Shown one piece after another: positions 25,831-38,140 of a stretch of 52,276 nt of DNA. The notes under the pieces are model-generated. The model searched no databases and had not been told where the DNA came from. It worked only from the letters and a program-made list of their open reading frames with translations. Location of the stretch: the NCBI GenBank assembly GCA_012026655.1, contig JAAILG010002643.1, positions 1-52,276 of the forward strand. Direction: 5' to 3'. The position numbers and the translations under genes are program-made. Position 1 is the stretch's first letter. Each line of letters begins with the position of its first letter. Source of the DNA: Hydrolagus affinis (taxonomy: Eukaryota).

Positions 25831-26149
25831 ATATGGTCAAGTAAAGCGTTTAATTTGGCAGTTGCTACCTACGGGATAAACAGAGGATAATACTGTACAT
25901 AGTTGGCAATGCAAACTCAAGTGATACACACTGCAGTCAGCACTCCTTATAAGTTATCTTAGTCAAACCAAGATATTCAGACTAATTTAGTCAGCTCCAC
26001 ATTGCTACCATGCCCTGGCAGAGCAAATTGTTGGGCAAGTTTTCTTCCTCCACAAATCTCTGTTTACCTAGCAGTAAGTAGGAACCCAGTTGTTGGTCGA
26101 TTGGCGGATCGCTTTTCCGGGGGCAACTATTCCTTTGAAAAAAATATTA

Positions 26150-26307
26150 AATTGGTCACTTCAGTCCACGACCGTTGAGCAATTGGCTGCCGCATTTCAC
26201 CTACAAAATATGCACTCGGTTTACTTCATGGTATATTCTGTGAAATGCTTTGAGGCTTCTTGAAGACAGATAAGGCACTCTTATCAAATGCAAGGATTAT
26301 TATTATT
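26150..26307 (+). mobile_element. SINE 3' fragment
   Basis: AATTGGCTGCCGCATTTCACC...TATTCTGTGAAATGCTTTGAG...ATCAAATGCAAGG(ATT)n. Confidence 0.8.
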
Positions 26308-27630
26308 GAAAAGGCACAGCCAACATTTTTTGGTATATTATAGTGGAATAAGAGTGTTATCAGATTCTGAAGCCTGATCACTTAGGTCACCAACTGTAGC
26401 AACAATTGTACAAATGGAAGAACTAGAAAGTCCATTTGTCTCCAAGACTTCAATCATTCTTAGTTTTCTACACCAGTGTTATCCAGCATGAGACCCAGAT
26501 CACAAGAATCAAGAGTAGAAGAAAAGGGTAGTTACCATGATTCTTGCACCATTTGTAGATTCAATTCTCTCTCCCTATCTCCCCGTCTATTAGAACCATC
26601 CCTGTCTTCCTCTATTTTGTCTGTATTCTTATGTCTAGCCATTGGTCTTCCAAGCATTCTTCAATTGCTGCTCCCAAGTTGCAAATACTTTTTCCTACCT
26701 TTTTTCCCTCTTTATTCAAAGCCTTAGCACGTTCTACTGATGTGAAAGGCGCTATATACATGCAAATCTTCATTGTATGGTATTGTTCTCTCCCATTTCC
26801 ACCATGCTGTGTCCAAACATATTGGACCGTCTCCTAACACTGAACCATTCTTTGAGATTGTGAGATTCTTTACCTCCCACAATTTTCCATTCCTCTCCTC
26901 CTACATAATATTAACTCTTTAAGCCCAAACTTGGCATCAGCTAATTTTGGATTCCTCTTCCTGTTCTGGTTCTTTACAGACTTGTAGTGTATTGCACCTT
27001 GGGCCTCACTTCCTCCATTTATTTCTCATCAATATTTACAATAGGGAGAAAATATGTTTCCAGTAACCAGCTTAGTTTAAGATTTTTCATGTTATACTTT
27101 GCAATAAAAACTAATGAATATACCGATGTAACTTTGAATATTAACATCTACAATTAATTGCTTTTATGTTTCCTCTACATTTCTGAACTCTTTTTGTGAT
27201 AGATTTTTTTTCTAGCTGTCCTTCTTTGATAAAGCTTCAGTAAGGATTAAATGACACTAGTGTAAAATGGGATATGGGTTATTTCCATATTTGTGCGACT
27301 TAACTGGATTACACAGCTGGTAAAAACTGGGCAGGAGAAGAAATGAGGAAGTTTAATGCAGTCGTGTAGAAAAATAGGATTTTAATCAAAATCCGTGCTG
27401 TGAAATTTAGCAATTTTCAGACTTCAGTTTTCATTTGATCTAAATAACGTGAATGTATTAATAAACCCTTCTAACTATTTGTTCCCAATGCAAGTACCAA
27501 CTGCAACCAATATTCTTTCAAATAGTAAGTGTACACTTACCCATGAATAATATTGATTATATTAATAATATTGATTCTCTGAGAACTGGTGACATTATTT
27601 TTGTAACAATTGTAAAAATGCATTGAAGTA

Positions 27631-28460
27631 CAGGTAGACCCCGCTCATTGAACTCCCGGTCAATGGAAGTTCACTATAACGAAGGTTTCTATTTGTACCA
27701 CTTATCTGCTTAATGAAGGCTGCGTTCACTATAACAAATGTTTACACACACTTTAAATCTCACGGGCTTCTCCTGGGCAGCATTCTCTGGTTGGCCAGCA
27801 TTCTGCCACTTAAGTTCCTCCCATATTGTACAGGCTGCACTGCTTCATGGCTTCAATAATAATAAGTCGAGGACTGTCTGTATTTTATTGTTTATTGTTG
27901 TATTTACTAACATTTTAATATATTATTGTTATATTTAAAGTTGGGTAGCCTTCAATAGCAGTTATATCTACCTTAGGCCTTCGCTAGTACAGGTTGAGCG
28001 TCCTGAATCTGGCAACCTCGGGACCGAGGCCGAGCGGGTTTTCGTGTTTCTGATGTCCGAAGTCCAGAAATGCCTGAGCTCCGGTTCGGGTATTTCCGGA
28101 CATCAGAACGCCAGAAGCGCGTCACTAGTCCAAAAATGCTTGGGCCCAAGTTGCGATATTTCAGTGCAGTGACTGTGAAGACCTGGCCTGGAACAGGTAG
28201 GATTGGCGTTTTTATTCTTGCAATTCTTGTCACATTCCGGATTCTGGAACTCCGGACTTTGGACGCTCAAGCTGCACACCGAAAATGTTCGCGCTAGGAA
28301 CTGCTAGGAACTAAACTGATTTTAGCGGGGAGGCTCGGGTCAGGGCGGCGTTTTGGCTGCGGCCAAATACAGTAATACAGTTAAACTCTCGCTTAACATA
28401 ATTTTCTCTTAATGAGGGGTTTTAAAGTCCCTAACTTCTTCATTAAACAGAGTCTATCTG
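27631..28460. mobile_element. Non-autonomous Tc1/mariner-pogo (Tigger-like) DNA transposon, outer element
   Basis: TA|CAGGTAGACCCCGCTCATTGAA ... TTCATTAAACAGAGTCTATCTG|TA: imperfect 22 bp TIRs beginning CAG with flanking TA. A TIR-like subterminal copy starts at 28378. Confidence 0.75.
27990..28274. mobile_element. Tigger4/MER46(Zombi)-like MITE nested inside the outer element
   Basis: TA|CAGGTTGAGCGTCC ... GGACGCTCAAGCTG|CA (13/14 TIR match). TCCGGA subterminal repeats and CpG-rich, resembling Tigger4-type CAGGTTGAG termini. Confidence 0.85.
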
Positions 28461-30469
28461 TACAGTAACAACTTTGGGGAGAACAGTTTTTAAAAAAATT
28501 ATGTCGCTGCAAACCAAACCTGGAGATAAGCTAAATAACATTTGTACTATAAAGATTTGTGTGGACTAGTGGGAATCTGCTAAAGTACATGTCCTCAGTT
28601 GTAGGAGGGGACATTGCCAATACAGTAGCTCCAAAATTGGAATTGATTCCGTGAAGTTACATTTAACGGAATGCAGTATATTGAAGTTGTGATTTGCAGA
28701 TGCGAAATTGGATGGGAAATCTCCAGGGCCCTTTAACTAAAAACGATGGTTAATACTGAGGCATAATGATCAGGGATTTTGCAGTGAAACCTCGAGGCTA
28801 TCCACTATTAAATGAACTAAAACTTTACCATAGTTAGCCACTAGAGAGCTAATCAGTCTTACAAGGCAAAGGTTGCAGTTGGATATCTATTAAGTTAAGG
28901 GTGTGTCTAATTTATCGGCCACAGCTTTCATCTAACAAAACTGTTGGCAGGTTACCAAAAGAAATCTGTATTTTTATTCTTATAACCTGTATAATGGGAA
29001 TGAATTCTCTATGATAAATTATTCATAGAAAATAAGTTTTGACTATTATGTTAATTCAAGTGTTTCACCAATAATTGAATTATTAGACGCTGTTCATTAA
29101 AGTGCTGTTTTAGATGGTCTCAGAAGAATGTTTCTTTTATAGATGATTGAGGATAATTGGAACTAGTGATTAATCAGAACCAGAACCAGATTTGACTGCA
29201 ATATTAAGCCATCATCATACGTATCTGGACTGGCTCCAATGCACTCTGTCTCTGGAGACAGCTCCAAGGTCTGCTCTGCAGCATTTGGACTCTTGAAGAC
29301 CTCTTGTGTTTGACAACAAAGGTGTAAAATTACCTGGGGAGTCACATTACCTGGGATACCAACATCCATTACCATGCTTAAAATGATCCAAACCTAACAA
29401 TGGCATGCCACAATGGCAATATAATCAGATTGCTCTTTCCTGTTGCTGTGTGGGACCCATGCAATAAATCCCATTATAAAGCGTTCTCTTATAATGCTAT
29501 TATAAATTCTAATTTATAATATATGTTGGGAGTTGGTAAATCATCCAAAAGAGTACCTCTGCTGGTAACATCAATACACATGAAATGCATTCAGACTACC
29601 CCCTAACATGGAAAGTACTATTTCAATGCAAATATATTATATCAATAATAATAACTGCAAGATTTTACATTCCTAGTAAAGTAAGGGTGAACCTATTCAT
29701 TTATAACCTAATTTGTCCCCTAGCTCAACATGTGTTGCAGTGGCTGATTCTGTAGACTCACTGTCATACGACACAGCGGACAAGAGGCAGATGAATATAG
29801 GAAAGTTCCCTTGGGCGAAGAGGGGGGAAATCAGCCGTTTCATGTAAAACCTGTTTGATTTTGCTTCCTGTGTATTTATGGTATCAGCAGGGGTACTCTT
29901 TTGGATGAATTACCAACTCCCAACAGTGTAGAGGAACAAAGATAATATCATTTCAAACTTTCATTAAAGCAGAGTACTTCAGCTTGAGTTCATTCAGGAC
30001 CTTCATACTTCATACTGCTAGTATTTATCTCCTCCTCCTCCTCGACTATGTCTCTAGTACAGCAGTGTGTTGAATCCTATTTTCGCCTTTCCTCACGGTA
30101 GCAGTGCTTGATTGTTAACGTACATTACGCTCAACACATTGAGTAAAAATGCTGGAATCCAATGCTGTATTAATACCACAATTTGTAATCTCATTAAAGC
30201 ATTGGGCACACAAAAGAATTTGCGAAGGTTGTAACCTTCTGTGGGAATACTTTGGGAATACTATCTGCCCAAACTGCTTTGGCAAAGGGAATGATTGCAT
30301 TTGGATGATGAGAGCTAATCAATGCATTAAATCGAAGCTACCTGTTAGCAGTGGTAAACTTAAATATTTCGACTAACTTTGTTTCTAATTGCTTCAAGGT
30401 GATATGTTTTCTTTATCAGATTCTGTACTAGTACCTTTAAACACTAACTAATCCCTATAAACACTAAAC

Positions 30470-30622
30470 TGGCAGTTTGTGGACCAATGTTGTGTACAAA
30501 TTGACTGCCGAATTCACTCGCAAAATACACAAACTCTCCACTTTAGAGCATAGTTCATGAAGCGCTTTGAGACTTCTCCTGGCTTGGTAGGTGTTATATC
30601 AAAAATAAGTATTGTTGTTATT
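30470..30622 (+). mobile_element. SINE 3' fragment
   Basis: TTTGTGGACC..TGTGTACAAATTGACTGCCG..GAAGCGCTTTGAGAC, with a degenerate tail. Confidence 0.7.
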
Positions 30623-30776
30623 ACAGTTAGCAGTAATAAACAGTTGAAGTTAGTTTTTCAGAAGTGCATTTGATCTGAAAACCCCAAGTCTGTGTTGCGT
30701 AAAACTGCCCTGTGTTAAATCAGGATGTATTAAAATTATTGACAATTTTTTTTCAATTCTCTTTTTTAACTCGCAG

Positions 30777-30880
30777 TCGCTCTACCTCCAGAGAAGACAG
30801 ATGGCTTCAACAATGTGACTGAGAAGAGAATAGAAAAGGGAGCTGCACAGAGTGGTGTGAAGAAGCAACTCAAATTTGAA
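30777..30880 (+). CDS. nkd1: nkd1 coding exon (about exon 5), (V)ALPPEKTDGFNNVTEKRIEKGAAQSGVKKQLKFE
   Basis: Polypyrimidine tract plus tcgcag acceptor, gtgagt donor at 30881, 104 nt. ALPPEKTDG and KKQLKFE match NKD1. Confidence 0.95.
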
Positions 30881-31694
30881 GTGAGTTTTTCTTAAAGTTA
30901 AACCTACATACTAGTGACTGTATACGGTCACTCAATCCAATTCTTAAACCAAAGGAAAAATTGAATGGATGAATAGTTTTCATCACTGTGAGTCGTTGCA
31001 TCATCAGTATGCACAATGAGATGTTCTTACCTTGGCCAAACCTTGTGAATATGCTCAATCACACAATGGGAATATTTTTTTCACTGATTTGAGTTTAAAT
31101 GACATAGCGAAAAATATGTTATTTAGTATTCAGCAGAAGTTAGATACGACAGTCTTAATTCAGTTATTTAAACAAAAGTCACTCCTCCTATTCCTCCTCC
31201 TTTTCTAGTGCAATTTATTCAGGAGATGGCATACTAAGGGCTTTTCCCAACGTAGATTTGTTACTGTTTGTTCCTGGTCTGTGGGAGGTTTCTACATGCA
31301 GCAAAGACTTGGATTCATCCAGATGCTCTGTGAGTGCAGTGGGTTAAAACAATTGCTTCATTTCAGTTGTAAAGTATTCTCCACATTGAGGCAGTACCCA
31401 GGAGAGGAACAAGAACTATGATTTACATCACAGCTCCTTATATTTCAGAAGTAGTCACTGATGGAGAAACATCCCTGCCCCTCATCCTCTCCCACACAAC
31501 AGGCTCAGATGTAAAGCTTGTATTAATACAGATACATATCTAGCTAATGCACTTACATAGCTTTTTCATGTTTGTTTAATAATTACTTGAGGATCCTCCT
31601 GTGGCCTCGATGAACATCAATTTTTTAATGCAAATTGGAAATGAATGTACTTGTTTTGCCTAACTCCACATCTGCATAAACAAGGATTAAAGAA

Positions 31695-31940
31695 TTCAGC
31701 TCTGCTGATCTCAGCCAGGGTTGCTTGCGGAGAGGCCTAAATTAGCCACAACTTTCTTAGGGTAAGGAAGTGAGGAATGAACAAGAGTACCTGCTGCTCA
31801 TCCCTTCCACAGCACCATCCACTGGTTGTGACCTGTTGCTGAACTGAGATGCCCTCTATACTTGAGCGGCCGGCCAACATTTGGTGCCAAGGCTACCGTA
31901 TGAACAAGAGTCACTTGAGGGGTGTACTGGAGGGCGAACA
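31695..31940 (+). mobile_element. AmnSINE2-like SINE, degraded
   Basis: GCTGATCTCAGCCAGGG..AATTAGCC..GTCACTTGAGGGGTGTACTGGAGGGCG, collinear with 32572-32893. Confidence 0.55.
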
Positions 31941-32571
31941 GTGTGTGTGTGTGTGGAACTGCACCATAGCAAGTGGAGGCCAGACCAGTAGCAGAGGCAT
32001 GTGTCATTAAGGAGCAAATTGGAAAAAAATAATTAGAAACGCTATATATTTGAACAAAAATACCAATTCAGCATGACGTGTTGCTTTCAACCAGTAAATA
32101 TGCATGCTGTGTGTGGCAGAATAATCTCAAGTTAATAAAAATTACTTTAGGATAAAAAGGGAGAAAATTTGCCCACAAAGTTGCAACATTTGCTTGGAAG
32201 TTGATGAATTCTAGCTTTTCGTCTGCTCAGAGTAAAACAATTCACTTTGATTATAAGGCTAACACTTGGGCTATTTAGATGACACTTTAATGCACAGATG
32301 CTTCAGTTTCTGTCCCACTGATGGAAGTCTAAGAATATGTATGGATAATTGCGGGGCAGGACACTAAAACTTTGATGTGCTGAGATATACACTGGAGCAA
32401 AGGGAAATATTAGAGCTGGTAAGTGACGGATCGCTTTCTAAAAGAGAGAACGGTGTTAGTTTTATTGACCTTTAACAGCAAATTCTGCATGCGTCAACAA
32501 CATAGCACTATAATCAAGAATTTAACTCTTTCTCACTGAAACATATACAATGGTAAATTACCTCCTCCATT

Positions 32572-32893
32572 TGCTCAGTGGGCCAAAATATGCCAATTGA
32601 TGTGGTTACTGGGCCATATGCATCAGGGAAATGCCCGTTTTGGCTACTGGTCTTGAGCGCTTAATCTCAGCCAAGGCAGTGATGGAGATACATGATTCGA
32701 TAAGGGAGTGGAAAAAATCCATCAAGGGTTCCCACTTTCATCACTATCCAATGACCCCTGGCAGTAAGTGTGTGGGTGGGTGTTGATTGAGGACAGGATT
32801 GAACTCAGTCATGCTTGAATAGCCTGCAGACACTCTTTGCCTGAACTCTTTACTTGTACATAAAGAGTGATCACTTGGACGAGACAACAAGGG
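32572..32893 (+). mobile_element. AmnSINE2-like ancient SINE, near full length
   Basis: GCTCAGTG head, ATCTCAGCCAAGGCAG, GGAAAAAATC..AGGGTTCCCAC..TCACTATCCAATGACCCCTG, GAGGACAGGATTG, GAATAGCCTGC..ACACTC, CACTTGGACGAG. Family name is from recalled consensus. Confidence 0.65.
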
Positions 32894-33548
32894 AATCATT
32901 TTATGTCTTCAGAAAACAGGAGAGATATGTGTGTGTGTAGAGAATATATTGATATAAAGCAAGCCCTGATTTTAAGATTAATGCAGGTACAGGAGTTTCG
33001 AAATCTAAACTGAAAAATATATACTCCGCTGGCGGCCGAAATAATTCCTCTCCACTTGAACAGCACTCGCAATCCTTTGCTTAAGTCCACGTAAACGAAA
33101 GCAAGTTAGAAGTTTGACCTTTTACTTATTTATCAAAAGAACATTGAGTATGAAAATGGATTGTGATTTTAATCCGCTTTAAGTTGCTGAAAGTGTAAGC
33201 GGATAGAAGTATAAGTGGTGAGGCTGCATGTATTTCTCTAAGAGCAATAATTGATTGCAAATTGACTATGTATCTATATCAGGAATTCACTGTAATTGCA
33301 AAGAGCATCGGCAAACTTTCACAAGGTTTGGTGAGGTGCGTAAAGGTAATTATTACACCTCTATAAAAATTTGGACAAAAGGCAGTGTATTTACTATGTT
33401 AATATCCAGGCCACCATTTGAAAGACACTTTAGCATTCTCTGCCTTGTTCTGAACTCAGCAATCTGCTGATTATTATGGTGCAGAGTTGTATCAAGGCTT
33501 CTGTGCCTGTGTTGAGAGTCTGAAGTAGCCTTCAACTGCATTTTACAG

Positions 33549-33644
33549 GAGCTGGAATGTGATGTATCTGTAGAGGAAGACAACAGGCAGGAGTGGACAT
33601 TCACTCTGTATGACTTTGATAACAATGGGAAAGTCACTCGTGAG
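33549..33644 (+). CDS. nkd1: nkd1 coding exon (about exon 6), ELECDVSVEEDNRQEWTFTLYDFDNNGKVTRE, EF-hand of the EFX domain
   Basis: ttttacag acceptor, gtaagc donor, 96 nt, phase 0/0. EF-hand loop DFDNNGKVTRE(D) is typical of Naked cuticle. Confidence 0.97.
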
Positions 33645-35092
33645 GTAAGCTGGACGGATGCTCACACCATGTTTTTAATGCTTCCCATAAACATAAATGT
33701 TGTTAAACCCTTCTTTGTCTTAAAACTTGAGCTGTCATAATCGAAACAAATAGGAAACACTGAGCTAAAGTTTCATCACCAGTACTTTTACAAATAGAAA
33801 TCTTGAAACCCAGGTTCTGAAAATGGCTTAATAAGCAGTGTTGACGTGAATGAATGGACTGTCAAGTTACTGAGTAATGAGTTGGGTTCAGTTAGGTCCA
33901 GCAGAGTTGAATCCTGTTAACTTTTTGATCCTTAAAAGGAGTGTGGTTGAGCACTTCCATTGTGGATTGGGTGCCAGTGTTTAGATAAGAATGGTTGAGT
34001 TTGCACAGTGGGCAGTTTTCCTCTAATTCTTCTCCTGCAGCCCTTGGGATTTCTCAGCAATAAAATGTGTTGCCTTCCAACCCAACATTCCAGTTGCTCT
34101 TTATTTGCGCATTTAGTTTTCAATTGTAAACTCATAGCCGGTTGCATAACTTGAAACTTTCAAACTTTAAACTTTAAACTGTGCTGGGTTTGTTTCGTGA
34201 CAAAAGCATAAGAGTTTCAAAGCATTGATTTTATGACTGACATCTCCCACCCGGCGTACATTATCTTGGATACACTCTAGAGCATTTCACTTGCAAGCGA
34301 GGCACATGCTGACAACCACACTGGAAATTATCGTTCCATTGATTAGATCAATGGGCTAGACCTAGGAAGTCTAGGTTCAAGGAAGCTCCTGCTCACCATG
34401 AGTGGAGGCAAATCTAACTAGACATCTACAAAGGTTTGTTCATAAAAGTACACTACTAATGATCCCTAACTAACTTTAGCTGGAGCTGAGGATTGTGAAT
34501 ATTTCTCTTGCCCTACCCTGTTATCCCAAGTCGACTGTATCAACAGCTAAATAATTGTAGGGGGAATAGAATCAAAACACTTTCCATGCAATATTTTAAG
34601 AAGCAAAAGGTAAAGTGCCAAGAAAATAATATCTACCTTGGCGTTCTGACTGAATGGGCTGCTGCAAACTCCTGGTTATTTTCCTTCATCATCCAATTAC
34701 AAATTTCCACATTATATACCAAATGAATTACAAAAAAAAATTATATTCGAATGTGTTCAAAACACTACAGCTTATTGAAGGCTTCATGTTTATTTCCAGA
34801 ATTGGTATTGTTTGGAGACATTCTTTCAGTGTAGTGCGCAAGGAGAAACAAAGTCAGTGAAACAGTCACAATGTTATTTTGGTTGTGTTAATAGCACAGG
34901 GCAATGGCAAATTTCAATGTACAAGATTGGTTTGAACCAAAAAAAAGTCCTTTCGCTCGTCTGATCTCATCCCTTCAGAATACCTACCTTACCATCCTCC
35001 CATCAAAGCCTACCATCCTCCCATGAAATGTATTAGATCGCAGCTAAATTGATAAAGCCTTTATAAAACATGAGGGCTAGTGTCCCTTTGAG

Positions 35093-35270
35093 CATCATAA
35101 TCATAGATATTATTGTACAGAAGGAAGTTATTCAGTACATCGATTTTCTACTGTTGACTCTTCCATTAGAGTTACCTGCTCTTACCCCAACTTGATGGTG
35201 TTGTTCCCCTTCATGCTTTCGTATTGTTTCTTTTCAAATACAGCTCCAAATTGCCTTGTTAAAAGTTGTC
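35093..35270 (-). mobile_element. Degraded CR1-type 3' end
   Basis: catcataatcatagatattattgtacagaaggaagttattcagtacatcga resembles the reverse complement of shark CR1/HER1-type termini. Confidence 0.5.
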
Positions 35271-35970
35271 ACACTCAGTATAGAGGTGGGATGCATAGAG
35301 AAGATACTTTTTAACTTAAATTGAGAAGAAAGTTGATAAACACACATTAATTGGTGTTTGGGATTAACCATTGTCAGCTTTCATGCTGGTGAAAATATAT
35401 TGAATTCTTAAACTGAGGTTAAAACAGGATGGACGCCCAAATAATGAGAGAAAAATTGCCACTAACCCTGTTGTAAAAGAATCATGATAAAGTAACACCT
35501 ATATGGAATGTATTTGTCAATTAAATATTGAACGCAATATTAGCTGGCAAAAATCTCAATTACTGTGCTTTGTATGGATAAGGAGATAAATTTCCAAGCT
35601 TTCGGCATGAAAAATACAGGTTAATATAATTCGCTGCTATCCTACTCTTTTATTTTTCAGCCTTTTGAAGGCCCAATTCATTTTGTTCTCATGGTCTTTT
35701 GAGAACTGATAGTTATGCTGTAATTATCTTCACAGGGACTTTGGTAAAAGACTTGGAATCAGAATTATTAAACTTAATCTGTTTGATCCATAAAGTTTTA
35801 CAGCTGCACTGCTTAATACTGATTTAAATCTTTGCATGCTAGAGCTACTTGGTGGTTTGCATTTGTGTCCATTGTAATTTGAAGTGTAATTAGAAGCCTT
35901 GTAAAGCAAGAACTGGATAGATTGTTCTAATGAACACAGAAGATGCTTCGTTCTTTGTGTGCAGCTTTGC

Positions 35971-36031
35971 AGCACCTTGGGATGCTCCCGACGTGAAAGG
36001 CACTATACAAATGTAATTTGTTGTTGTTGTT
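35971..36031 (+). mobile_element. Isolated L2-type 3' tail with (GTT)n end
   Basis: GCACCTTGGGATGCTCCCGACGTGAAAGGCACTATACAAATGTAATTTGTTGTTGTTGTT. Confidence 0.8.
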
Positions 36032-36699
36032 ATAGGGTTAATTTACATTAAAAAGTATCCTCATGTTGGGGAAGGGGATCTTCATGCAAGGGTCTTTCTA
36101 TGAAGGCAGGTCTGCAGGAATGCAAGGCAGGAATGGAGGTGTAGACATATCCTCTGGTGTTCTAACCACTGGGAAAATACTGCAGCTGTGCTCATACCTT
36201 ATTAAACAAAACAACATTGCTTCCTAACACCTTGGTAACATTTTAAAGTTTGTGTTATTATGATTTCCAATAATTGTTGCAACTTGAGTTTTTCCTGCTC
36301 TGTACCAACCAATGAGGAACTGTCAGAAAATTCTGTTTTATAACTCTTGGTTTGAAAATAGCCTTCCCAAAATGTCAGTTGTATAACAACATTGCTCTGA
36401 CTGCTGGAAACATTATTTTAACATTTTATTACATTTGCGTTTGAACTGACAACTGTTCAAATGAACTCTTCAGAGTTTTTAAAATAAAGTAATGTGCAGG
36501 CTTTATACAGATTTTCTTTTGATATTAATCCAATTCCGGTGAATGTGTTGAACATCAAAGTCAAATGAACCCACTTACATGCTGTAGATAACCAAGGTAA
36601 AGCGGAAAAACAAGAGGAGGGACTGGGTTTCTGAGTGAATTAGTACCATTTCTGGAAACTGCAATAAAATCCAGAGTAGAACTCATGATCTGAAAGACT

Positions 36700-36880
36700 C
36701 CTCTTTCAAGAGGTTTGGATGATGAAGACCTTTTGACTTATTTCACTTCATCCTCTGAACACATAGTGATAATGCATTTCCTTGGTACTGGAATCAATTA
36801 CAAGGGGAATAGCTTTAAAATCAGAACCAGGACACTTAGAACTGATATTAGGATGTATTTCTTCACACAGAGGGTTTTGA
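36700..36880 (+). mobile_element. CR1 LINE 3' fragment
   Basis: ..SFKIRTRTLRTDIRMYFFTQRV in ORF 36715..36948 matches the CR1 C-terminal motif. Confidence 0.65.
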
Positions 36881-36989
36881 AAAATACATTAATAATATTA
36901 ATCGTTGACAAATGTCTCCCGGATGAGCACAAAATGCATCAGGAATGATCTCACATCACCTTATATCAAAAAGTAAAGTCTTCATTTAT

Positions 36990-37238
36990 CCTCAAAATCC
37001 CATCACACTATTTGAAACGAGAAGGGAGCTGCTCAGGATATCCTTATTTGGTGAACAAATTCCAGCAAATTCCCCGAAATAAAATTGGTCACTCACCCCA
37101 TGACGGTTTGTGGGACATTTGGCTGTTGCACTTCACCCACAAAATACACAATCCACTTTGCAACTTATCCTGTGAAGCTCTTTGAAATGTCTCAAATATG
37201 TGATAAGGCATTGTATCGAATGCGAGGATTATTATTAT
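36990..37238 (+). mobile_element. 3' half of a DeuSINE-like element
   Basis: ATCCCATCACACTATTTGAA, TTTGTGGGACATT, GTGAAGCTCTTTGAAATG..GATAAGGCATTGTATCGAATGCGAGG(ATT)n. Confidence 0.8.
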
Positions 37239-37420
37239 CCAATTTAATGCACATACATAGAACAGAGCTTCACCCTTCCGTCACTGTTCACGTTCATTCT
37301 TAACCTCACTTACTGAGTATAAAAGGGGGATTTTCACCTTAGAATTGTGGTGTGTAAAAATGTGTCTGAATGTTACATTGCTGGGATACCCCCAACAGTT
37401 TTGTTGCAATACCTTTACAG

Positions 37421-37565
37421 GACATTACTAGTCTTCTGCACACAATCTATGAGGTAGTAGATTCATCCGTGAACCACTCGCCAAATACCAGCAAAACCCT
37501 TCGGGTAAAGCTAACCGTGACACCCGATTCAAGCCAGAAAAAGAAAGGTCAAATGTGGCAGACAG
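37421..37565 (+). CDS. nkd1: nkd1 coding exon (about exon 7), DITSLLHTIYEVVDSSVNHSPNTSKTLRVKLTVTPDSSQKKKGQMWQT
   Basis: cctttacag acceptor, gtaaga donor, 145 nt, inside ORF 37370..37747. DITSLLHTIYEVVDSSVNHSP is the NKD1-type sequence (NKD2 has DMSSLMHTIYEVVDASVNHS). Confidence 0.97.
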
Positions 37566-37729
37566 GTAAGATTTCCATTTGCTGCTTCATAGAGTACATG
37601 GGGGAAACTCATATTAGCGACACAATAGCCATTAAAACAAACACTGTATCTGGAACCGGTAAGAAAACAGAATCAAATGTAAAGATAGAATTAACCGAAT
37701 CAAAGTGCTTTGAAGCTGAAGAGTATCAT

Positions 37730-38140
37730 CAGATGATTGGAAAATAGCTAATGTTCCTGTCTTTGAAAAAACTTCAGAAACTTGATCCCTTGGATTGTCA
37801 GTTTGACAACTAAAGTACGAAAAAGTATGACAACTATAGTATGAAACCTATTACAGTACAAGGAAAGCAATTGAAGCACATCGGAAGAGAGTAAAGGCAG
37901 CTCCCTTGAGTCTGTGAAAGGAAGACTGTTTGACAATTTATTGACATTTTTATAGATGTAACAGGATTGATAGGCAAGAGTAATGTAATGCTGGTTTGGA
38001 TATTCAGGCTTTCAGAAGGTACTTGCTATAAAAAGATTTATGTTTAAAGTGGGATTATGGAGGATGTTGTGAAATGGAGCACAAATTGGTCACAGACTTG
38101 AGAAACAAACATAAGGTAAATCACAAGGTTTGGATGAAGG
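37730..38140 (+). mobile_element. Degraded CR1 LINE reverse transcriptase fragment
   Basis: gattggaaaatagctaatgtt (DWKIANV), gtcagtttgaca (VSLT), aaaggaaga..tgtttgacaatttattg (KGR.CLTNLL-like), ttggatattcaggctttc (LDF.KAF-like), with many frameshifts. Confidence 0.7.

Noticed and set aside
27973-28297. Overlapping 86 aa and 75 aa ORFs in a CpG-island-like patch
   Set aside because: Explained by the GC-rich MITE. There are no transposase motifs and no promoter evidence.
33353-33637. Minus-strand ORFs overlapping nkd1 exons (also 38964..39179 and 40549..40776)
   Set aside because: Antisense shadows of real coding exons.
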